DNA from: a virus
Lineage: Duplodnaviria; Caudoviricetes
Virus record (IMG/VR): IMGVR_UViG_3300024982_000001
Coordinates: 1-53,823 of that record
Length of the DNA: 53,823 nt
Direction: 5' to 3' (one strand)
This document shows, piece by piece, positions 1-7,774 of the stretch (position 1 is its first letter; every line of letters begins with the position of its first letter). A program made the translations under genes and the position numbers. Below the pieces are notes generated by a model that was not told the DNA's origin, ran no database searches, and saw only the letters and a list, made by a program, of their open reading frames with translations.

Positions 1-509
1 AGGCTTCCGAGGTCTAAATAGCCACCCACAGTTGGGTTGAATCCTTCTGGAATTGATGTTAGGCTTCCGAGGTCTAAATAGCCACCCACAGTTGGGTTGA
101 ATCCTTCTGGAATTGATGTTAGGCTTCGCAGGTATAAATAGCCACCCACAGTTGGGTTGAATCCTTCTGGAATTGATGTTAGGCTTCGCAGGTATAAATC
201 GCCACCCACAGTTGGGTTGAATCCTTCTGGAATTGATGTTAGGCTTCGCAGGTATAAATCGCCACCCACAGTTGGGTTGAATCCTTCTGGAATTGATGTT
301 AGGCTTCCGAGGTCTAAATAGCCACCCACAGTTGGGTTGAATCCTTCTGGAATTGATGTTAGGCTTCCGAGGTATAAATAGCCACCCACAGTTGGGTTGA
401 ATCCTTCTGGAATTGATGTTAGGCTTCCGAGGTATAAATCGCCACCCACAGTTGGGTTGAATCCTTCTGGAATTGATGTTAGGCTTCCGAGGTCTAAATA
501 GCCACCCAC
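1..509. repeat. 60-bp coding tandem repeat array (8 full units plus a partial one; continues at 53690-53823)
   Basis: Perfect 60-bp periodicity with no spacers. Units differ only at unit positions 8-9, 14 and 20. The minus strand encodes TSIPEGFNPTVGG[Y/D]L[D/Y]L[G/R]SL. Confidence 0.98.
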
Positions 510-581
510 TTTTTCTACGCCAGTAAACTGTGCTTCGCTTAAGTTATATTTTTCGCAAAATTCTTTTTTTGATAGTTTCAT
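1..581 (-). CDS. N-terminal part of an LRR-like 20-aa repeat protein (wraps the origin into 53195-53823)
   Basis: ATG at 581 gives MKLSKKEFCEKYNLSEAQFTGVEKVGGYLDLGSL..., open to position 1. It is in frame with ORF 53195..53776 if the 76-bp terminal overlap is merged (about 377 aa). Absent from the ORF track. Confidence 0.88.
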   Translation of the reverse strand, partial: MKLSKKEFCEKYNLSEAQFTGVEKVGGYLDLGSLTSIPEGFNPTVGGDLYLGSLTSIPEGFNPTVGGYLYLGSLTSIPEGFNPTVGGYLDLGSLTSIPEGFNPTVGGDLYLRSLTSIPEGFNPTVGGDLYLRSLTSIPEGFNPTVGGYLYLRSLTSIPEGFNPTVGGYLDLGSLTSIPEGFNPTVGGYLDLGS

Positions 582-600
582 TTGGTTAATTATTAGTTTA

Positions 601-1338
601 TTAAAAAGGTGTTTTATTAAAATCTATTGTCATTCCGCTGACAGCTGCGCAAACATTTTTTCCTGTCAATTCTGATACTTCTTTTACAAATTGTACTTCG
701 TTTGAATTGGTATCTGATAAGTGAATCAGAACAATATTGTTGACTTTTGACAAGTCATTTGCAGACAGCATATCCTTGCAGTTTTCCAAAGAGAAATGCG
801 ATTGCAGGATCCTGTTTCTCAAAAATTCCTTTGCGCTGTCAGGACCATACTTTCTGTCGATGATTGCCTTTGAAAAGTTCGCTTCAATGATGATGTTTGT
901 TAATCCAGGAAAGGTGTATTTACAATAGTAGGTGTCAGTAACAAAAAGTGTTTTTCCACATTCCGGGTGATCAATCAGAAAGCCTAAGCATGGAACGTCA
1001 TGCTTTACATCAAAAGGCATCACTTTAAATCCACCGATATGATGAACTTTTGTTGGCTGTAATACAATTGCATTGTGATGTACAAAAGTCTCTGTTGCCA
1101 ATAATGTTTCCTTTGAAGCAAATGTTTGAATTCCGGCATTCATTACATCCTTAATGGACTTTGCGTGGTCACCATGCGAATGTGTAACAATACAGCCAGC
1201 TACCTTTTCAAGATTGAAATCCAACGCCTTTTTGATATCGTTGAAGTTTACTCCGGCTTCAATCAACAACGCCTCATTCTCTGTTTCAAGAATGTAAGCG
1301 TTGCCAATGCTGCCTGTGGAAATTACTTTGAGTTTCAT
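601..1338 (-). CDS. MBL-fold metallo-hydrolase (probable exonuclease partner of RecT)
   Basis: HSHGDH (HxHxDH), STGSIGN and IHLS motifs. Likely start MKLKV at 1338, directly after the RecT stop. Confidence 0.85.
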   Translation of the reverse strand: MKLKVISTGSIGNAYILETENEALLIEAGVNFNDIKKALDFNLEKVAGCIVTHSHGDHAKSIKDVMNAGIQTFASKETLLATETFVHHNAIVLQPTKVHHIGGFKVMPFDVKHDVPCLGFLIDHPECGKTLFVTDTYYCKYTFPGLTNIIIEANFSKAIIDRKYGPDSAKEFLRNRILQSHFSLENCKDMLSANDLSKVNNIVLIHLSDTNSNEVQFVKEVSELTGKNVCAAVSGMTIDFNKTPF

Positions 1339-1339
1339 T

Positions 1340-2368
1340 TTAGAAACCTGGTTGAGCTTGTGGAACTTCTTCTTCGATAGTAGCAGTCGTTGCTTCAACA
1401 TTTGTGGTATTTGGTGTCTCCTCTTCTACTTCTTCAAAGGCGGTGTCTTCGGCGTTATCATTAAAATCAAGAGGTTCTTTATTAGCTTCTGCAATCACTT
1501 CATTTTGAATGATAGCATCTTTCATTTCGGTTTCTTTTTGGATTATGGCCAAGTAGTTATCATCAATTTTTTTACTGTCGATTGTGATTGCATTAAAAGC
1601 ATTTCTAGAGATAGTTTTCAATGCCATTTCTTCAAACCAGCCTTCAATTTTTTCTTTCTCACCTGTTTTTTTACCGCCTTTCCAAACATCTTTTTCTCCA
1701 CCCCAGAATTCAGCAGAAGCATAAGCGGGTTTTCTTTTTTCGATATCTTTTAATGAGAAAACTTTAAGTTTGTTTTTCTCTGGATTTTCAAAGATGTGGT
1801 ACCAAAATCCACCAACGACATCTCCGCGATTAAATTCGTCAGTAACTTCAAAAGTGTAGCTTTCAACAGGATTGTTTATGTCTTTTTTGAACTGCTTGAA
1901 TTTGTCAGTTGAGTAAACTAATTCTACAACAATGTCCATAGGAACTTCCAATCCGTATTTTTTAGCTTTCAATTCCATACCTCTGTATCCAATAACAAAT
2001 CCCATATCGTATTTGTTATTAGCGGTATTTTTATAAGGAATCATATTGATGTGGTTCGGCTGTGTTGGGTCAAGTTCTACACTTGAATAAGCAATCACAT
2101 CAACCGCTAATTTGGACATATTTACATTCTCCCAAGTAAGTGCCAATCCATCACGATACTCTTCTGATTTTGCCATTCTTTTCTTCTCGGCATCTTTCAG
2201 GGTTTGGTCAATTTTTATGAAGTAATTTTGGCAAAGCTTCTTTTGAAAAGGCGTTAAAGTTATCTCGCCATTGTTTGAAGAAAACTCTTTGATTACTGCG
2301 TTTGTGAAACGCTCACTTTGAGATTGTTTTACTTCTCCTACTGCTGTATTATTTTTATCTGCACTCAT
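1340..2368 (-). CDS. recT: RecT-family single-strand annealing recombinase
   Basis: IPYKN...IGYRG, ELVYSTDKF, W(F)EEMALKT motifs and an acidic C-terminal tail. Confidence 0.8.
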   Translation of the reverse strand: MSADKNNTAVGEVKQSQSERFTNAVIKEFSSNNGEITLTPFQKKLCQNYFIKIDQTLKDAEKKRMAKSEEYRDGLALTWENVNMSKLAVDVIAYSSVELDPTQPNHINMIPYKNTANNKYDMGFVIGYRGMELKAKKYGLEVPMDIVVELVYSTDKFKQFKKDINNPVESYTFEVTDEFNRGDVVGGFWYHIFENPEKNKLKVFSLKDIEKRKPAYASAEFWGGEKDVWKGGKKTGEKEKIEGWFEEMALKTISRNAFNAITIDSKKIDDNYLAIIQKETEMKDAIIQNEVIAEANKEPLDFNDNAEDTAFEEVEEETPNTTNVEATTATIEEEVPQAQPGF

Positions 2369-2460
2369 AATTTCTAATTATTATTTGTTTAAAAAATGCA
2401 CTGTAAACTGTTTCACAGAACTTCCTGCATCGTTAAGTTTTTTTCTCTCGGGTTGTTATT

Positions 2461-4488
2461 TTAAGCAGCCAATTCTTTAGATTTAACCTCTAATTGCTTG
2501 TGCATTTCAGATACTACCAATCGAACCAATTGACTATCGGTTTCAATAAGCGTGTGCACGCTCTCAGCGTTGTCGATAAATATTGGTGCTTTAACTTGGT
2601 AGAATTCACAAAGCGTGTTTATGATATCAATTCCGGCATTCATTTTTGATGCAGTATTCAAATCAGTGTAAGGAACTCCGTTAACCATAGCCACGCAAGT
2701 TTCACGAAGTCCACCGTTAATTTGTTCCTCGAACATCTTGAAGTTTACCATTTTGAATTTGTCATTAATGGTAGCTTCCAAACGGTCAATTTTCTCTTTG
2801 ATGAAGTTTTCAATTGTGAATTGGATTTTTTCAACGTCAACAATTTGTTGAGCCAATGTGCTTTCCTCTTTCTTCAATTCTGCGATACGATTATCACAGC
2901 TGTCGATTTGAGTTTTAAGATTTAACGAACCTTTGATATTGTCGATTTTATCAACTAATTCTTTTCTTTTGGTAACTAATTCGGTGTTGTCTACCGTTGG
3001 AACCTCAACCAATTGACCTTTCAAAGTTTCCAATTTCTCTTTTTTGGTTTTGTAAGTTGGATGCAAGGAAAGAACGCTTTCGTAAACCAATTCCTCTGAC
3101 GGCAAATCGGTAGCAGAAACATTGTTTAAACTTGCGATTTCGGATTTTATACGCTCAATCTCTTGGTTAGCCTCATTCATAGAGGTGTTACCATTGTTTA
3201 TTCTGGTAACAAGTCCGTCAACTTCATTTTGAAGATTTTCTTTTTCATCCGACCAGGCTTTGCCTTGCGTTGTGATGGCGGTAAGCGTTTTGTTTTTGTT
3301 AGCTTTGAAAGTTGCAATTGCTTCTTCTTTTTTAGCCTCTACATCACCTGCAGGTAAATCCTGTTTACAAGTTGGACATTGACAATCGCCATCGTTGAAA
3401 GTAAGTTCTTTGGCATTTTCAACTCCCCATTCATCACGTTTGGCTTGAATTTTTACATCAAGTGCTTTGATTTCAGCCTCAAGGGATGTTTTCTTTCCGG
3501 TTAACGTTTGAACAGCGTTTTGATATGACTTGTATTCATGGTCTTTTTCAGATAATGATTTTGTCAATGTATCTAAAGCCGAAGTATCTGGAGTTAATCT
3601 CGTTCTGGCTTCATTTCGAGCCTCAGTTTCGATGTTTTTGATTTCAATCTCAACATTATTGATGTTAATTCTTAAGCCTTTTTGAGCATCTAATTTTGAT
3701 TGAAATGCAGTGGAGGCATTTGCCAAATCACCATCAACTTTGTCAAGTTGTTTTTGGAATTCATCGCGTTCTTTCTCCAAAGCAGCGAAATCCTGTACCT
3801 CTGGTTTTTGGCGAGTTACTTCGTCGATACGTGTTGGAATTGCTTTTAAATCATCTTTGGCTTTTTTGATTGAAGCTGTGATTTGTGCTTTGTAATCCTC
3901 AAGGGTTTTGCCTTGGGTAAGATTAGCAAGTAAAGCTGTATAAGCAGGATTTCCGGCAGCGATTTCTTCATCGGATACTTCGCCTGCAATTGCAGTAAGG
4001 ATTGTTCTTTTCAACTTCCAATCTATCATATTGAAGTAGATAGGAGAGGTGATCATTTTGAAAAGCTGTTCATCCAAAATAGCATTTACCTTTTTGTTGA
4101 AATCGGTAACTAACATTGGAACATCATTCCAATAACATTCAGTAACATTCCCGGAGAATTCAGATTCAAGAGAACCTCTTTTCTTTACCCAATTCTCTTT
4201 AAGGATTCTTCGCATGGTAACAGTATCACCATCGATAGTATAGACAGCTGATACTTCGTGCTCAATCATCGGAATTACTTTTCCAGAAAAATCAAGAGTT
4301 TTGATTTCAAAATCTTTTCGGTCCAAACTATCTTTCCCGAACCATAGCCAATTTACTGCATCAGCAATTGTGGTTTTACCTGTTCCGTTGGCACCGTAGA
4401 TATCGGTTTCATTTTTAAAATCAATCTTTAGCGATTTGATGCCTTTGAAATTATTAAGAGATAAATTCTCAATTTCGATTTTTTTCAT
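2461..4488 (-). CDS. SMC/Rad50-like AAA ATPase with long coiled coil
   Basis: LNNFKGI, Walker A GANGTGKT, central CPTC zinc hook and Walker B IFIDNAE. Confidence 0.85.
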   Translation of the reverse strand: MKKIEIENLSLNNFKGIKSLKIDFKNETDIYGANGTGKTTIADAVNWLWFGKDSLDRKDFEIKTLDFSGKVIPMIEHEVSAVYTIDGDTVTMRRILKENWVKKRGSLESEFSGNVTECYWNDVPMLVTDFNKKVNAILDEQLFKMITSPIYFNMIDWKLKRTILTAIAGEVSDEEIAAGNPAYTALLANLTQGKTLEDYKAQITASIKKAKDDLKAIPTRIDEVTRQKPEVQDFAALEKERDEFQKQLDKVDGDLANASTAFQSKLDAQKGLRININNVEIEIKNIETEARNEARTRLTPDTSALDTLTKSLSEKDHEYKSYQNAVQTLTGKKTSLEAEIKALDVKIQAKRDEWGVENAKELTFNDGDCQCPTCKQDLPAGDVEAKKEEAIATFKANKNKTLTAITTQGKAWSDEKENLQNEVDGLVTRINNGNTSMNEANQEIERIKSEIASLNNVSATDLPSEELVYESVLSLHPTYKTKKEKLETLKGQLVEVPTVDNTELVTKRKELVDKIDNIKGSLNLKTQIDSCDNRIAELKKEESTLAQQIVDVEKIQFTIENFIKEKIDRLEATINDKFKMVNFKMFEEQINGGLRETCVAMVNGVPYTDLNTASKMNAGIDIINTLCEFYQVKAPIFIDNAESVHTLIETDSQLVRLVVSEMHKQLEVKSKELAA

Positions 4489-4552
4489 AATTTTGCATTG
4501 TTAATATTAAACTTCATTTTAAGTTTGCCCATCGTTGTAGCGGTGGGTTTTT

Positions 4553-4810
4553 TTATTCGTGATAGAATATTCTATCGTCGTTAAATTCTTGATCTACTTT
4601 ATATTCTATTACTGAGTTCCACCAGAGATAAGCGAATGTTACAACAGATCCAAAAATCATTGCTATTCCAACTACTACCGATATCACCAACATGGCTTTT
4701 GGAAACAATTTGCAAAGCATTACGATGATTCCAATTATACACAACACTATTCCCAATGCTATTGGAAGCAGGTAGTTGTCCGATTTGATTAACTTGATTA
4801 GATTTTTCAT
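4553..4810 (-). CDS. Small membrane protein
   Basis: Two hydrophobic segments; ATGA overlap with the upstream ORF. Confidence 0.65.
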   Translation of the reverse strand: MKNLIKLIKSDNYLLPIALGIVLCIIGIIVMLCKLFPKAMLVISVVVGIAMIFGSVVTFAYLWWNSVIEYKVDQEFNDDRIFYHE

Positions 4811-4941
4811 TTGCTATATATTAATGTGTAATATCCTAGTGCTAAAAGAATTATTAATAAGATTGATATTGTGATAATCAGACCGTTTATAATTTCAATT
4901 GTTGGGTCTTGTTTTGGATTTTTTCTAAATAGCTTTTTCAT
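4807..4941 (-). CDS. 44-aa single-TM protein (below the ORF track cutoff)
   Basis: MKKLFRKNPKQDPTIEIINGLIITISILLIILLALGYYTLIYSK*, with ATGA overlaps to both neighbours. Confidence 0.65.
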   Translation of the reverse strand: MKKLFRKNPKQDPTIEIINGLIITISILLIILLALGYYTLIYSK

Positions 4942-5201
4942 AGTCCTTGTACTAAAATTTCCAATCCTTTGCTTTCATAAGAAACATTTGTTTCAATCGC
5001 ATAAAGCGAATTCGCTATCATTGTATAAGCACTTCTTTTCACATCGTTTTTAGTGTTTTCCGCTTCGGTCATACAGCCGGCTACAAAATCTACGAACTGA
5101 TCATAGGTTTCAACTTTGCTATAAGCCGATTCAATCCAATTGAAAATCATTGGAAACATCGGAAACTTAATGTCTGGTTTGGTAAAGGTTTTGGTTGCCA
5201 T
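4938..5201 (-). CDS. Hypothetical protein
   Basis: ATG ORF tiled within the early operon. Confidence 0.65.
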   Translation of the reverse strand: MATKTFTKPDIKFPMFPMIFNWIESAYSKVETYDQFVDFVAGCMTEAENTKNDVKRSAYTMIANSLYAIETNVSYESKGLEILVQGL

Positions 5202-5224
5202 GGTTAGTTTATTTTGGTTAGTAA

Positions 5225-5458
5225 TTATGCTGATTCTGCTCCTTTGGTTAAATTTCCTATCAAATGAAGTTGTACTTCTTCTGGTAATTGATAACCCCGA
5301 GGGGTGCGCTCTGGCTTAGCTCCCAACTCTTCCAGAGCGCGTTTCGCTTCCACTTTCGATTGTGTAGCTAATTGTAAATTCTGGCGGGAAACAGCTTCTA
5401 AAATGGTAGCTGAATCCTCTATCTTCTTCCAGAATGATATTTGATCCTTTTTGGTCAT
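5225..5458 (-). CDS. Hypothetical protein
   Basis: ATG ORF 2 bp downstream of the cro-like gene. Confidence 0.65.
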   Translation of the reverse strand: MTKKDQISFWKKIEDSATILEAVSRQNLQLATQSKVEAKRALEELGAKPERTPRGYQLPEEVQLHLIGNLTKGAESA

Positions 5459-5460
5459 GG

Positions 5461-5673
5461 CTATGCAGTTGCAGATTCCTGTTCAAAAATTTCTTTCTCT
5501 TTTAATCCAGTACTTTTATAATACTTAACCGCAGCTGCTTTTGTTAGGTTATCCGAATTACGCTCTGCAAGATTCTGTACATTTCTTTCTGTTACGTCTA
5601 AAGCCAAAGCTGTATTTAATCGGAAATTTTTGTCCGTTAACAGTTTTTCTATAATTAATTGAGATACTTTCAT
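5461..5673 (-). CDS. Cro-like small HTH regulator
   Basis: 70 aa, HTH-like TALALDVTERNVQNL, divergent from the CI-like gene. Confidence 0.7.
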   Translation of the reverse strand: MKVSQLIIEKLLTDKNFRLNTALALDVTERNVQNLAERNSDNLTKAAAVKYYKSTGLKEKEIFEQESATA

Positions 5674-5705
5674 TCTGTTTGTGTATTTTTGTTCGTATAT
5701 ATGTG

Positions 5706-5771
5706 CAAATATACTAACTGTTCGCGAACAAAAAAATAATTCGCGAACTTTTTTACGAATAATTCGCGAAT
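5706..5771. promoter_or_regulatory. Lysis/lysogeny switch: leftward -7 element and three TTCGCGAA palindromic operators
   Basis: TATATTTG on the minus strand at 5706-5713 (Bacteroidota TAnnTTTG). TTCGCGAA at 5721, 5740 and 5763, with a fourth copy at 5952 inside cI. Confidence 0.75.
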
Positions 5772-5801
5772 ATTTTTAATAGTGAACAATATCAGGGGTT
5801 T

Positions 5802-6482
5802 ATGTATAATAAAAAATTAATAGATAAGGTTTTGGCGATGGGATTTGATAATCCAGTCACTCAAATACACACTGATTTGGAATATGCAAAGAGTAGTGTG
5901 AGTAGTTTTTTGGGTGGAAAGATAAAAGCCAGCAAGAACTTTTTAGAATTGTTCGCGAAGCATTATAAGGTTAATATAGACGATATAACCGATGCCTTTG
6001 AAAACCAAACAAGTGAATCGTTAAACGGCGATCTTGTAAAATCTAAATCAGGAAAGTCTTTTGATAAGAATTCAGGACTTCTAGTTCCGTTCTTCGATAT
6101 TGATTTTTCAGCAGGTAATGACATTACTACAATGGATAGCAGCATAACTAAACCAGACTATTATATGGACGTTCCAGAATTTGCGGGTTGCACAGCATTT
6201 AGGGCATACTCTGATAGTATGGAGCGACTAATTAAAAGCGGCAGCATACTTTTTGGCACAAAAGTAGAGGAGTGGTTACTACACCTTGAATATGGCCAGA
6301 TATATGGAATCATTTGTAACGATGGTCGTAGATACCTGAAATATATAAGGCGCCATGTTGAAAATCATAAAGAAGTATTTTTGCTAAAGAGTGAAAATGA
6401 CAATTATGACGACTTCGATATACCAAAACAAGCTATACGATCAGTTTGGTTAATTCACGGATGGTTAAATAAACGAACTTAA
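5802..6482 (+). CDS. CI-like repressor with S24 peptidase domain
   Basis: N-terminal HTH-like region, Ala-Gly site (FSAG), catalytic Ser in SDSM and Lys in YLKY. Confidence 0.85.
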   Translation: MYNKKLIDKVLAMGFDNPVTQIHTDLEYAKSSVSSFLGGKIKASKNFLELFAKHYKVNIDDITDAFENQTSESLNGDLVKSKSGKSFDKNSGLLVPFFDIDFSAGNDITTMDSSITKPDYYMDVPEFAGCTAFRAYSDSMERLIKSGSILFGTKVEEWLLHLEYGQIYGIICNDGRRYLKYIRRHVENHKEVFLLKSENDNYDDFDIPKQAIRSVWLIHGWLNKRT

Positions 6483-6504
6483 AAACAACTTAAATTTTAC
6501 AATT

Positions 6505-7209
6505 ATGAAAAACGCATTATTAATATTCGTTTCGGTGCTTTTAGCATCATGCTCAAGTTCAGATTCGGGCACTCCACAGAATACAGACTTAAAGATTGAT
6601 CACATTACAGAAGGAAGCGCAACTACAACTTTCAATTATTCAGGAGATGTATTAACATCTCAAGTAACGACAGAACCAGGACAAAATACTCAGCATAGAG
6701 ATTTTACTTATGCAGCAGGATTGTTAACCGACATTCATAGTTATAATACCAGCGGATCAAGTAGCGCGATGTTGGATGAATCCGCAATTCATTACTCTTA
6801 TGTTTCCGGAAGAGTAATAGCCAGTCTTGAGGATTATGGAGCAGATGGTTATTATCAATCTGAATATACTTATACAGGAAATACATTGACATCCCGAGTA
6901 GAACATAATCAAGATGGAGATTTAACCAGTTCCGATACTTTTGAATATTTTGATAATGGTAATCTTAAAAAAGAAAATTCAAGTGGTTTTATTACTAATT
7001 ACACTTCATACGACGATAATAAAAATTACCAGGCTTTGATGTATTCAGATGCTATGTTAAAAGCGAGAAGGATTTCTAAAAATAATTTACTTCAAGACGA
7101 TAGAGGCCGTACATACGAATATGAATATAATTCTGCTGGTTATCCAACAAAAATTATATTTAAAGATGGTGGAGTAGTAGTCTTGACACAGTTTATTTAT
7201 TATCAGTAA
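6505..7209 (+). CDS. Lipoprotein with YD/RHS-like beta-hairpin repeats
   Basis: Lipobox LLASC followed by SSSD; repeated YxY motifs (YDDNKN, YEYNSAGYP). Confidence 0.75.
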   Translation: MKNALLIFVSVLLASCSSSDSGTPQNTDLKIDHITEGSATTTFNYSGDVLTSQVTTEPGQNTQHRDFTYAAGLLTDIHSYNTSGSSSAMLDESAIHYSYVSGRVIASLEDYGADGYYQSEYTYTGNTLTSRVEHNQDGDLTSSDTFEYFDNGNLKKENSSGFITNYTSYDDNKNYQALMYSDAMLKARRISKNNLLQDDRGRTYEYEYNSAGYPTKIIFKDGGVVVLTQFIYYQ

Positions 7210-7493
7210 TGAACCAAACCGATATCATAATATTAGACTTATTCGAATACCTTCGATTTGACAAGCAAGTGAAGTCGGAAGGAGAATTCGCCAGGCGTAT
7301 TAATATGCTCCAATCAACTATAACCAAAATCAAGAATGGAACGGCTCATTTCACTGTCGAGCAAATAGGATCTATTTGTCGTGAGTTTAATGTAAATGCC
7401 AACTTCTTATTCTGCATAGAAAGTAAGGTGTTTAATACCAAAGATAGTATCGAAATTAAAACCTATTTATCCACCGAAGCAGTAGTAAAATAA
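7209..7493 (+). CDS. XRE-family HTH protein
   Basis: EFARRINMLQSTITKIKNG...FNVNANFL; TAATG overlap with the lipoprotein gene. Confidence 0.8.
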   Translation: MNQTDIIILDLFEYLRFDKQVKSEGEFARRINMLQSTITKIKNGTAHFTVEQIGSICREFNVNANFLFCIESKVFNTKDSIEIKTYLSTEAVVK

Positions 7494-7619
7494 GGCATTC
7501 ACAAATCAACCTTGTCGGCAAGGTAAAAAATATATGAAAACAACAAAAACACTATAATTTGAATTAACAAACCCTTGTAAACACTGTAATTACATCGACA
7601 TATTTGTGGGAAGTTATTT

Positions 7620-7663
7620 TTCATAACCCTGAGGTCGGGAGTTCAAATCTCCCTCTCGCTACA
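7620..7663 (+). other. attP core: 3' half of a tRNA-Met(CAT)
   Basis: TTCATAACCCTGAGGTCGGGAGTTCAAATCTCCCTCTCGCTACA covers the anticodon loop, T arm and acceptor 3' strand. There is no 5' half upstream, and it lies about 110 bp before the integrase. Confidence 0.85.
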
Positions 7664-7670
7664 ATAAAAA

Positions 7671-7711
7671 AAGAGCCTTAGCCCTTTCCCAACAAGGGTT
7701 AAGGAGTTCTT
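7671..7711. terminator. Imperfect hairpin downstream of the att core
   Basis: ccttagccctt...aagggttaagg inverted repeat. Confidence 0.45.
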
Positions 7712-7774
7712 AAAACCACTTTCGATTCGTGTAGTTACATTTAAAACGACAAGGTAAACGTCAATGTAATTACG

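Noticed and set aside
1-509. CRISPR array
   Set aside because: The units are contiguous 60-mers with no unique spacers, they encode an open 20-aa repeat, and there are no cas genes.
1-509. Diversity-generating retroelement template/variable repeats
   Set aside because: No reverse transcriptase ORF was found. Variation is strictly binary, includes a CG/GC swap, and is not A-to-N.
601-1401. Beta-lactamase resistance gene and the extended 266-aa start
   Set aside because: The context beside RecT and the lack of a signal peptide indicate a phage MBL-fold nuclease, and the extension overlaps recT.
7590-7663. Complete tRNA-Met gene
   Set aside because: The upstream sequence cannot form the D arm or the 5' acceptor and anticodon strands, so it is treated as an attP core.
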